DNA of 64,000 bases from Candidatus Poribacteria bacterium (GTDB lineage: Bacteria > Poribacteria > WGA-4E > UBA9662). The notes beneath the pieces are model-generated. The model made no database searches and had not been told where the DNA came from. It was given only the letters and a program-made list of their open reading frames with translations. Numbering within the stretch: position 1 is the first letter of the stretch; each line of letters begins with the position of its first letter. This document shows positions 30,963-39,795 of this stretch, piece by piece. A program made the position numbers and the translations under genes. The stretch spans positions 32,001 through 96,000 of the forward strand of contig JAYZAL010000079.1 in assembly GCA_036339735.1 (NCBI GenBank), written 5' to 3'.

Positions 30963-32723
30963 TTATAAATGGTTTGTCTTTGGAACTGAACCAATCAAAC
31001 GAAAGACAATGAACAACAGTATAGCTGCCAAAGCAAAACTAATTACGGGTGAAAGACCTAAACTAGCAGGTAAATAACCCACTATCAAGGCCACCAATGC
31101 AACCACCAAACTATATGGAAGCTGGGTTCGTACATGGTGCAGATGATCACATGCACTCGATATAGAACTCATAATAGTGGTATCTGAAATGGGTGAGCAG
31201 TGATCGCCAAAGATAGAACCATCCAGTACAGCACCTAAACAAATCATTGTGGTTAAGCTGTATTTACCCCCTTCTAAAGAAAAAGAAATTGGAACGACTA
31301 TCGGAATTAACAACATCATTGTTCCCCAACTTGTACCAGTTGTGAAGGAAGTGAGTGCTGCCAACAAGAAAACGATAGCTGGGAACCATTTAGGCGAAAC
31401 GTTTTCCCCAATCATTTGACTTAAAAACTCGCTTGTCTGTAACGTGTCACAAACTGACTTTAACATCCAAGCCAACAATAAAATAGCCGTTGGTAATAGC
31501 CCACTCTTCAAACCATGCAGTAAAGCTTTTGTGATTTGACCAATACCTAGTCTAGCAATCGCAATTGCACAAAAGAGCGCGGTTAACAAACCAACCCCAC
31601 TAGCAATTGCTAATACTGTCAAATTTTGCTCTTGAGCAGATACTTCTGAGATTGCTATCTGCCAAGCATTCAATGACCAAATTGAATCTTGACTACCACT
31701 AAAAAACCAGAAAGCTATAAAAATGGTGACGAACAACGAAAAAAGAGGAATTATAGCGGATAGAGAAGAAATTTGAGTCGTAGCTTGGCAGTTAAGATGA
31801 GATAGGTCTTGCGAAGTCATGGGGATCGCATCTTCTGCAAATAGTTGTCCTAATACGGCAGCTCGTTCTTCAGCTTTTCGCATTGGACCAAAATCTCTTC
31901 CTGTTAGTGCATTTATTAAGACAAAAATAATCATTATAAAACAATAAAAACGAAATGGTAATGCATCCAAAAACATCGTATAGCTATCCCGACCAATACC
32001 CAAAGTCTCGGAAACACTTGAAAACAACCAAAGTTCGAAACCAATCCAAGTACTAATGAATGCAACACCTGCAATTGGGGCTGTAGTGGCATCGACCAAA
32101 AAAGCTAACTTTTCTCGACTGATTTTTTGATGGTCAGTTAATGGTCGCATGGTTGATCCTACAATCATAGTATTAGCATAGTCATCAATAAAAACAACCA
32201 GACCAGATAATACTGTCACTAGTTGAGCTGAACGTCGACCACTCACTAGTCTGGAGATCGATTGCACAATACCTTGCAGACCTCCAGCTACCATCAAGAC
32301 CGAAATCATAGACAAAATTAAAATCACAAAAATAATTACTTGACCATTGAATAAACTAACAGATTGACCAGACAAGGAAGTACCAATAGTATTATCAATT
32401 ATCTGTGCAGATTGATTGCCGAAAGCCTGTAGCCAACTGTCAAACTCGGCTTGCTCTGCAGTCAAAACTGATGACAGGATTAAGCCCAACAAGATTGAGC
32501 AACCAAAGCTAACAAATAGACGACGTGTGGAAATTGCGACCACAATTGCGAATAAAGGTGGTAGTACACTGTACCAGACAACGTTTACTTCAGGCTGCCC
32601 TTGTGATTGATAATGCCCAAACCAAGCTGCCAAAAGAGAAAGACTTAGAAAAATAACCGATGGCACTATCCAAGGATGAATTAATTGATGAAGTTTTCTT
32701 TTATCTTCCTCAGGTGATCGCAT
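30963..32723 (-). CDS. Na+/H+ antiporter NhaC-family membrane protein
   Basis: FIDDYAN, SREKLAFLVD, TGTSWGT, GDHCSPISDTTIMSS. Confidence 0.92.
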   Translation of the reverse strand: MRSPEEDKRKLHQLIHPWIVPSVIFLSLSLLAAWFGHYQSQGQPEVNVVWYSVLPPLFAIVVAISTRRLFVSFGCSILLGLILSSVLTAEQAEFDSWLQAFGNQSAQIIDNTIGTSLSGQSVSLFNGQVIIFVILILSMISVLMVAGGLQGIVQSISRLVSGRRSAQLVTVLSGLVVFIDDYANTMIVGSTMRPLTDHQKISREKLAFLVDATTAPIAGVAFISTWIGFELWLFSSVSETLGIGRDSYTMFLDALPFRFYCFIMIIFVLINALTGRDFGPMRKAEERAAVLGQLFAEDAIPMTSQDLSHLNCQATTQISSLSAIIPLFSLFVTIFIAFWFFSGSQDSIWSLNAWQIAISEVSAQEQNLTVLAIASGVGLLTALFCAIAIARLGIGQITKALLHGLKSGLLPTAILLLAWMLKSVCDTLQTSEFLSQMIGENVSPKWFPAIVFLLAALTSFTTGTSWGTMMLLIPIVVPISFSLEGGKYSLTTMICLGAVLDGSIFGDHCSPISDTTIMSSISSACDHLHHVRTQLPYSLVVALVALIVGYLPASLGLSPVISFALAAILLFIVFRLIGSVPKTNHL

Positions 32724-33447
32724 GAGACCTTAAGGTTTTATATAAAGGCTTACACTCAGCCAATAGTTTCTCTAGGTATGGGGGGAATGGGTCGGTTTTA
32801 GGAATATAGGGTTTGAAACCCATTGATTTATGGACATTATTATACCAGTAAGGTGCCCATACTCCATCTTCAGGACGCCCACCTTTAGGCCAAGATAACA
32901 TCTGATTTTGGAATGAAATGCCGATTTTTTGGCATAGCTTTGATAGGATAGTTGATGGATCTTTTAGTAAGTCAATAGAATCAATAACAAGCAAATTTTG
33001 TCCTAGCTTTCGGAATGTATTCAGTAAATCTACTTGAACCCTAAGACCTGTATCATGCAAAACCGGGTTGGGGATCTGATTGATAAGCGAACGCAGCACG
33101 TCAAACGGGTCTCGAATTAGAAGCACATTAATTGTCTCAGACAAAAAGTCAAGATTGATATCTACTAAGTGGTGAGCCATTTGTTTCATAAATAAAACTG
33201 GTTGTTTGGAAGGGCCCAAAATTATTTCATCAACCACCTGATTTCCATCAGCGTTCATTTTTGATAATACTTCCAAGTACCCTGGATGTTTAACTTCAGA
33301 TACTCTTAGGTAATGAGCATACAGGGGTTCGTCGATAACCTGCGCGTCGCTACGTTGAGAAAAAGCATACATTAGTGCAGTTGAAACATTTCTAGGTCCC
33401 GACCATAAGCATATTCGATGAGTCGGCCAATTGGTTTTTTGGTTCAT
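32710..33447 (-). CDS. Sulfotransferase-like protein
   Basis: WSGPRNVSTALMYAF, DEPLY, KQMAHH, LIRDP, WAPYWY. Confidence 0.8.
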   Translation of the reverse strand: MNQKTNWPTHRICLWSGPRNVSTALMYAFSQRSDAQVIDEPLYAHYLRVSEVKHPGYLEVLSKMNADGNQVVDEIILGPSKQPVLFMKQMAHHLVDINLDFLSETINVLLIRDPFDVLRSLINQIPNPVLHDTGLRVQVDLLNTFRKLGQNLLVIDSIDLLKDPSTILSKLCQKIGISFQNQMLSWPKGGRPEDGVWAPYWYNNVHKSMGFKPYIPKTDPFPPYLEKLLAECKPLYKTLRSHAIT

Positions 33448-33460
33448 GATTATCCCAATC

Positions 33461-34399
33461 TTATTCGAAATGTTCGGCAGTTTTTCTGCTGACCCCTTGA
33501 CCGAACATTAGTTTTTCTCGTAAAACATCATAGTAATTACGACGCCGTGAGCGAATGAGTTGAATCGTTTTTTCAGCCTTATGTATACAAACAGATTGGT
33601 TTGGCTGAACAGAGTAAGTTTCTCTTAGGCCATCGACCAAGACTTTCGCCTCGGCCTGATGATTTTGTTCTACAGTTGGAAATGAGTCTTCTTGAATCGT
33701 TATTTGGATCTCGGAGTTGCCATGTGTGATAAAAGGACGAACCGTCAAGTCATGAGGTGAAATTGGCGTCATCAGAATCGCGTTTAGATGGGGTTCAGCG
33801 ATAGATCCACCACAAGAAAGAGAATAGCCAGTTGAACCACTTGGTGTCGAAATAATCAACCCATCAGCAGTATAATTAATGCAGGGCTGACCATTGATGA
33901 GTGTTTTAAGATGAATCAATCGCATTGGGTGCCGAATCACAACATCATTGAGTGCTTGTTGCTTCTCACCATTAGGTAGGATAACTTCTAACATCATGCG
34001 TTGATCAATTTGGTAATCTCCATCCAAAATTTGCAGTAGTGCTGGGTACAACTCATCACGAGCTACATCCGTCAAGAAACCGAGATGACCGACGTTAACA
34101 GCTAAAATAGGGACCTCCTCGATGCCGGAAGTATGAACAGCATTAAGAAGAGTACCATCCCCACCTAAGACTAATATCAAGTCGCTATCAGTAACCACTT
34201 GAGCTCGATCGATTCCTTTACCTCCTGATTCTAAGTTGATGGCTACTTCTGGCTGGTATAATCCAATCGTTTTAGCTTCATCGCTTGCCACTAGTGATTG
34301 AATTCCCTGCTTTCTTAGCCAAGCAATAGTCGCTGGGACAATATCAAAAGTTGCAGGTTTAGTGGTGTTAATAAAAAAGCCAATTGTTTTCATAACCAA
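33461..34399 (-). CDS. nadK: NAD+ kinase
   Basis: GGDGT, GHLGFL, LNDV, DGLIISTPSGSTGYSLSCGG. Confidence 0.96.
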   Translation of the reverse strand: MVMKTIGFFINTTKPATFDIVPATIAWLRKQGIQSLVASDEAKTIGLYQPEVAINLESGGKGIDRAQVVTDSDLILVLGGDGTLLNAVHTSGIEEVPILAVNVGHLGFLTDVARDELYPALLQILDGDYQIDQRMMLEVILPNGEKQQALNDVVIRHPMRLIHLKTLINGQPCINYTADGLIISTPSGSTGYSLSCGGSIAEPHLNAILMTPISPHDLTVRPFITHGNSEIQITIQEDSFPTVEQNHQAEAKVLVDGLRETYSVQPNQSVCIHKAEKTIQLIRSRRRNYYDVLREKLMFGQGVSRKTAEHFE

Positions 34400-34794
34400 G
34401 TTTCTCCATGTTTACATTGAAGATGAACTGATTATAAGTAAAAACGATGGAAATAGTAGGGAATATTTAATTCTCAATTAATTCCTAGGTTTTATACCTT
34501 CATCGTATTAAAAAAATGATGGGATTGAGCAAGTATGATAGCCCGATCTCGTCACGGTACCATTTTCTGTTTTCATTTTTTAAACAGACCTCTGCTTTCT
34601 AAAATACTCCTAGATTTCAATCTTTCAAAGTAAAAATAGAAGACTCGATGCATATTTGGGTCCTTCGATTTTAGGATAATGCCAAATTGGTCCTCGTGGT
34701 TCTAATTTCTTTCTAGTTCGATGATCCAGAAGGTAATTGACTCTAAGAAGTAGAGTATAGTGAAATTGAGATTTGTCAATAAGCAAGTATTGCA

Positions 34795-35370
34795 TTAGAG
34801 CTCGAGTAAGAATTGGTTAAAAGCTTCTACCGTTCGTGGATGTATGACCCGTTTACCACGAATCTGACTCTTTAACTTCTGTCGACAAACTTCAAAGGTT
34901 GCTTTTTGCAGGCTAATGTTTGCTATTTTTCTTATTTTTGAAGCTGCGGAGTAACTCCTCAGTGGTTCGCAGAAATCAGAGATAAAAAGAATTTGATCCA
35001 ATTCGGACATACTAGGCATTCCCGTCGTATGAGACTCAATAGCCTGTAAAATAGACGAATCTGCAACATTAAATTGTGTTTGAGCTAAGAGTGCTCCTAC
35101 TTTTGCATGAAGTAGTGATGGAAATTGACTTTCAATAAAATCTACTTCTATCTGATTTTGTTGACAGGTTTTTATTAGTTGATCATTCTTCATCCATTTA
35201 GCGCAATCATGAAGCAGTGCTGACAATTCTGTCTTGTGTTTTTCGATACCGTATTTCTCAGCTAGTTCAACTGCTGTATCCCGTACAGAAATGACATGAT
35301 CAAAACGATTTGGTTCTAATTTCTGTTTTAAGAACTGGATTATCTGATGTTCAGTAGTAACATGTTTCAC
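34795..35370 (-). CDS. yqeK: HD-domain Ap4A hydrolase YqeK
   Basis: RFDH, LLHDCAK, LLHAKVGA, HTTG, SDFCEP; linked to nadD. Confidence 0.9.
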   Translation of the reverse strand: MKHVTTEHQIIQFLKQKLEPNRFDHVISVRDTAVELAEKYGIEKHKTELSALLHDCAKWMKNDQLIKTCQQNQIEVDFIESQFPSLLHAKVGALLAQTQFNVADSSILQAIESHTTGMPSMSELDQILFISDFCEPLRSYSAASKIRKIANISLQKATFEVCRQKLKSQIRGKRVIHPRTVEAFNQFLLEL

Positions 35371-35379
35371 TAGGAGAGC

Positions 35380-35856
35380 CTACGACCAAGTTTGGTAGGG
35401 AGTTTTAGCTAAATTTGAGTTGGTATATCGTGAATCTAGACTTACCTCCGAACCGACCCAAAATGGCTTCTGGATTTTTTGATCTTCGCTTATTAACTCA
35501 ATTTCGGCTATAACTAGTCCTTGGTTTGATCCATGAAATTCGTCAACTTCCCATACCAATCCCCTGAATGGAATATGATATCGATGCTTTTCTATCAAAG
35601 GTTTTTGACACAAATTAGTCAACATGTATTCAGTTTCATCGATGGGAATTTCATATTCATACTCAGTGCGAGTAATACCAATTGTTCGGCCTTTGACAGT
35701 AAGAAATCCTTCATCGCCAAATTGTCGGACCCTGACAGTCGAGGTTTCGTCGCAACATAGATAACCTTGACGGATGTAGACGCCATTGGATAATCCTCGC
35801 CAATCTTCCCCTAGAACTAGAAATTTTCTCTCAATTTCTGTGTTTGGTCTATGCAT
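35380..35856 (-). CDS. CYTH-domain triphosphatase
   Basis: EIERKFLV, RQGYL, VRVR, EYEYEIP, WEVDEF, AEIEL. Confidence 0.93.
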   Translation of the reverse strand: MHRPNTEIERKFLVLGEDWRGLSNGVYIRQGYLCCDETSTVRVRQFGDEGFLTVKGRTIGITRTEYEYEIPIDETEYMLTNLCQKPLIEKHRYHIPFRGLVWEVDEFHGSNQGLVIAEIELISEDQKIQKPFWVGSEVSLDSRYTNSNLAKTPYQTWS

Positions 35857-36106
35857 CTTCTTCGCTCAAAATTTCGTCTACTTCACCATCTTTTAGTAGG
35901 TATTCAGCAAGAACTTCTTTTTCTGTGTCAGTCAGGGACTCAATCTGGGGCAATGAGGTACTAATACGGTATTCACCGTTCAACCATTTACCAAGGTCAA
36001 TAGACTTACAGCGTTGGCTGCAAAAAGGGAAGTGGGATGGCAGTTTTTTACCAGGCTTGTATTCAAAAGTATAACCTTGTCCACAAACACTGCAACGAGA
36101 TTCCAT
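35849..36106 (-). CDS. yacG: DNA gyrase inhibitor YacG
   Basis: CSVC..FPFCSQRCKSIDLGKWLNGEYRI. Confidence 0.9.
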   Translation of the reverse strand: MESRCSVCGQGYTFEYKPGKKLPSHFPFCSQRCKSIDLGKWLNGEYRISTSLPQIESLTDTEKEVLAEYLLKDGEVDEILSEEDA

Positions 36107-36117
36107 GGTAATGTCTC

Positions 36118-36711
36118 CTAGTGATAGAGTTTATGCTGCTGAATGTAATCTACCACGGCTAATGGGACTAGGTACCGAATAGATTGACCGGACCGAATGT
36201 ATTTTCGAATATCGGTTGCGGCAATTTGCATGAACGGAATTTTAAATTTTTTCACTCTCTTCATGATATCTGGCGGTACTTCTGAGAGTGGATATTCAGG
36301 GCGATTAATTGCAACAAATTGACACATGTCGAGCAGCCGGTCATAGTCCTTCCAAATTTTAAACTCAATCAACGAATCACTACCAATAATCCAGCTGAGC
36401 TCGCATCTAGGGCCATAATGTTTTTTCAGATCTTGAATAGTTTGAATTGCATACGATGGCCCCTGTCGGTTTATTTCAATCCGGGATACAAAGAAATACG
36501 GATTATCTGCTACTGCGAGTTTGGCCATTTGGTAGCGGTGCTCGGGGTCGACAATCCCATCAGGAGATTTATGTGGTGGTCTGGCAGAAGGAACAAACAA
36601 AACTTGATCTAAAGCCAACCCCTGGCGAATTTGCTCAGCACTGATTAGATGTGCTAGATGAATAGGGTTAAACGTTCCCCCCATGACGCCAATTTTCATC
36701 AGCAATACCAC
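36118..36711 (-). CDS. nadD: Nicotinate-nucleotide adenylyltransferase
   Basis: GGTFNPIHLAH, PPHK, IIGSD, WKD, SIRYLVP. Confidence 0.95.
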   Translation of the reverse strand: MVLLMKIGVMGGTFNPIHLAHLISAEQIRQGLALDQVLFVPSARPPHKSPDGIVDPEHRYQMAKLAVADNPYFFVSRIEINRQGPSYAIQTIQDLKKHYGPRCELSWIIGSDSLIEFKIWKDYDRLLDMCQFVAINRPEYPLSEVPPDIMKRVKKFKIPFMQIAATDIRKYIRSGQSIRYLVPLAVVDYIQQHKLYH

Positions 36712-36796
36712 TATCCTAATTCCTACCTATATTATCTTATATCCGTTCTTTGTTGCCACTAAGTTGTATTTTCAATAAATGCCAATTTTGTATATC

Positions 36797-36825
36797 TTGA
36801 CCCGAATTGAGTCAAGTGTTATCAT
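36797..36825 (+). promoter_or_regulatory. Putative sigma-70 promoter for the SDR-M28 operon
   Basis: TTGACC-17-TATCAT with TG extension. Confidence 0.5.
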
Positions 36826-36883
36826 CAGCACCTGATATAGCTGAGTGATAACTTCTCGATGTTTGGTTTGAGAGGATTGTTTT

Positions 36884-37654
36884 ATGTCTAAATTTCGTTT
36901 GGACGGAAAGACTGCATTAGTTACTGGTGGGAGTAAAGGCATTGGATTTGGTGTGGCAACTTCGTTAGCTGAAGCAGGTGCACATTTGTCTTTGGTGGCT
37001 CGTAATCAAAAGGATCTAGAGCACGCTCAGTCTCAGATTAAAGAATTATCTCCTGATACTATTGTTCATATTTACCCATTTGATATGACCCAAATTAATT
37101 CTATTTCTGATTTATTTAGCCAAATTAGTAAAGACATGAATGGTATCGACATTTTAGTTAATAATGCTGGTGGAACTCGGCGTGGGGCCGCTGAATCAAT
37201 ATCAACTGATGATTGGCAATTCGTAATGACCCTGAATGTGACCTCAGTATTTGTGTTATCACAAGCTTTTGCTCAAGATCGAATTCACCGAAAGCTCGGT
37301 GGTAAAATTATTAATATTGCATCAGTTCTCAGTGAAGTCGTAAGAGAAGACAATGCTCCTTATGCAGCATCGAAAGGAGCTATTCGCCAGCTCACTAAAT
37401 CTCTTGCCATTGATTGGGCCAAATATAAAATAAACGTCAACGGAATTGGCCCGGGCTATATCACTACCGAGTTAACGCAGCCACTTTGGCAAGATGCTGA
37501 TTTTTCTCAACAGATATTACAGAAAACACCATTGGCCCGTTGGGGAACTCCGGCTGATATAGGATCTGTTGCTGTTTTTTTGGCGACTGATGCCTCAGAT
37601 TTTATGACTGGCCAAATTGTCTATGCTGAAGGTGGTTTAATCAGTCGTTTTTAA
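36884..37654 (+). CDS. SDR oxidoreductase (gluconate 5-dehydrogenase/KduD-like)
   Basis: TGGSKGIG, NNAG, YAASK, NVNGIGPGY. Confidence 0.9.
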   Translation: MSKFRLDGKTALVTGGSKGIGFGVATSLAEAGAHLSLVARNQKDLEHAQSQIKELSPDTIVHIYPFDMTQINSISDLFSQISKDMNGIDILVNNAGGTRRGAAESISTDDWQFVMTLNVTSVFVLSQAFAQDRIHRKLGGKIINIASVLSEVVREDNAPYAASKGAIRQLTKSLAIDWAKYKINVNGIGPGYITTELTQPLWQDADFSQQILQKTPLARWGTPADIGSVAVFLATDASDFMTGQIVYAEGGLISRF

Positions 37655-37665
37655 GGTGACTTACA

Positions 37666-39057
37666 ATGAATAATCCTTACTTGTCTCTTGATCAGCAGAT
37701 GGTGGGCGATGTTTATACATCCAGTGAAGTTATGCATAATCTAACTGTTTTGTGTGATGATTTTGGCTCTCGTTTTGCCGGTACAGTCGCAGAAAAGCAG
37801 GCGGCCGATTTTATATTGGGGTGTTTCCAAGAATATGGCTTATCAGAAGCACGGTTGGAAACTTATCCCTATGCGGGTTGGTCAAGAGGTAATGCAACCT
37901 TAAGAATTACCGCCCCAATTGAACGTGAAATACCTTGTATATCTCTTCCATACTGTCCTTCTCAATCTGTGAATGGTGAATTAATTTCGGTTGGTTTTGG
38001 TGGCCCTGATGATTTTGAGCGCTTATCAGGCAAGCTGTCAGGCAAGATTGTCTTGGCAAGTAGTGCATCTTCTCCTGAACTAGGACGCTGGGTCCATCGA
38101 AAAGAAAAATATGAGCGATCTGTTTTAGCTCAAGCTCAGGCTTTTATTTTCGTTAGCGAACATGCGGGCGTTGGCCCCGAAACTGGCAGTTTACAAAATA
38201 ATCGGCCGGCTCCAATTGCCGGTATTTCCGTTAGTAAGGAGGATGGTGCATTTTTACAGCGTCTGATAGACCGAAAAAGTTGTATTCAACTACAGATTGA
38301 AACTACAGATGTTAACACGCCTCGTATATCCTGGAATGTCGTTGCTGATCTACCTGCAGAGGGACCCAACGCAATAAATGAGGAGCAGATTGTATTGGGT
38401 TGCCACTATGATGGACACGATATTTCACAGGGAGCACATGATCCAGCTTCAGGCCTAGTGCTTATGATTGAATCGGCTCGCGTGTTGGCGAAACATGCGC
38501 GTTCAGCCCTCAAACGGACCATTCGTTTTATTGCATTTGGAACCGAAGAAATCGGTTTAACCGGAGCTTTCCAATATGTCAAAGCTCACCAGACTGAAAT
38601 GGATCAATTACGATTCATGTACAATCTAGATGCTGCTGGTGGAAGTAGTCGAAAAGGTTTAGTTCTACATCGTTGGGCGGAACTAACATCTTTCTTTGAG
38701 AATGCTTATCAGGAAATGTCGGTTAATTTGCCTGTTGGGCAGAAATTACATTCGTACTCAGATCATTTTCCATTTTTTCTAGCTGGTGTTCCGAGTGGAC
38801 ATATGGGGGATCCAGAATCAGGACCTAAAGGTCGAGGATTTGGCCATACAGCTTATGATACATTGGAGAAGATTGAAATTGATCACTTAAGAGCGGGAAG
38901 TACTATATCTGCTCGTCTAGCCTTGAGGATGTCAGCTGATCTAGATTTTCGGCCTGTTCGTCGAAATAATGAATCCGTAGACCAAATCATTGCTACTGAC
39001 CCTGGGTTAGAGGGATACCGGGTAGCTCAAACGCTTGCTGATCAGTTATCTGACTAA
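37666..39057 (+). CDS. M28-family metallopeptidase with PA domain
   Basis: HYD, GAHDPASG, GTEEIG, NLD, SDH, HTAYDT. Confidence 0.88.
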   Translation: MNNPYLSLDQQMVGDVYTSSEVMHNLTVLCDDFGSRFAGTVAEKQAADFILGCFQEYGLSEARLETYPYAGWSRGNATLRITAPIEREIPCISLPYCPSQSVNGELISVGFGGPDDFERLSGKLSGKIVLASSASSPELGRWVHRKEKYERSVLAQAQAFIFVSEHAGVGPETGSLQNNRPAPIAGISVSKEDGAFLQRLIDRKSCIQLQIETTDVNTPRISWNVVADLPAEGPNAINEEQIVLGCHYDGHDISQGAHDPASGLVLMIESARVLAKHARSALKRTIRFIAFGTEEIGLTGAFQYVKAHQTEMDQLRFMYNLDAAGGSSRKGLVLHRWAELTSFFENAYQEMSVNLPVGQKLHSYSDHFPFFLAGVPSGHMGDPESGPKGRGFGHTAYDTLEKIEIDHLRAGSTISARLALRMSADLDFRPVRRNNESVDQIIATDPGLEGYRVAQTLADQLSD

Positions 39058-39068
39058 AGATCGACGGG

Positions 39069-39098
39069 TTGACGCAAAAAGGCGAGATTTGGTAAAAT
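39069..39098 (+). promoter_or_regulatory. Putative sigma-70 promoter directly abutting the nuclease start codon
   Basis: TTGACG-18-TAAAAT with TG extension; ATG 7 nt after the -10. Confidence 0.6.
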
Positions 39099-39105
39099 CG
39101 AACTC

Positions 39106-39795
39106 ATGTTTCGTCTTTCGCCCACAGCTCTTAAGGATGCTGTCAATAAGAAATGGGGATGTGCTCGATGTTTTTGGTTGCGTATTCGCCATCGAATTCG
39201 ACATCCAGATACTGGTTTGGGCAAAATTCACCAACAAATTCATGACTGGGTGTATGAATATCTAGATAACCGCAGTCTGCCCCAGCTGCCTGCTGGTCGT
39301 CTGATAAAAAGTGAGTTGTCAGTCCGATCTCAACCATACAAAAATGTAGAGTTGACAGGCTACCTTGACGGTTTATTGGCTCTTGACGCTGGTGGATACG
39401 CTATCATCGACATAAAAACGACTGATAGACCAGAATATGTTCGTGCTAATTACTCTTTACAACTGAATGTTTATGCTTATTGTCTAAATCATCCAGCAGT
39501 TTCGGATAAAAATGACAGCAACACTAATTATACTCCAGTAAAAGATTTGGGCATTTTGACCTTCACTGGCCATCGATTTGGTTTTGATCCACCGCGAAAA
39601 GGTGGGATCGTAGGTGAGATCCAATGGCACCGTATATCACAAGACTCAAAAATGGTCGAAGTAGCCATTGATCAAGCTTTAATGATTTTGCAGCAAGATT
39701 GTTTGCCCGATTCTAATCCGAATTGTCAATGGTGTCAATTTTATGAAAGGATAGGCCATGATTTTACCGATTTTTCAAAAAAAAATAGCAGATGA
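39106..39795 (+). CDS. Stand-alone PD-(D/E)XK nuclease (RecB/Cas4-like)
   Basis: LSPT..CARC, GYLD, IIDIKT, QLNVY, C-terminal CxxC. Confidence 0.82.
   Translation: MFRLSPTALKDAVNKKWGCARCFWLRIRHRIRHPDTGLGKIHQQIHDWVYEYLDNRSLPQLPAGRLIKSELSVRSQPYKNVELTGYLDGLLALDAGGYAIIDIKTTDRPEYVRANYSLQLNVYAYCLNHPAVSDKNDSNTNYTPVKDLGILTFTGHRFGFDPPRKGGIVGEIQWHRISQDSKMVEVAIDQALMILQQDCLPDSNPNCQWCQFYERIGHDFTDFSKKNSR

Noticed and set aside
39106-39795. CRISPR-Cas locus suggested by the Cas4-like gene
   Set aside because: No cas1/cas2 or repeat-spacer array seen in the window
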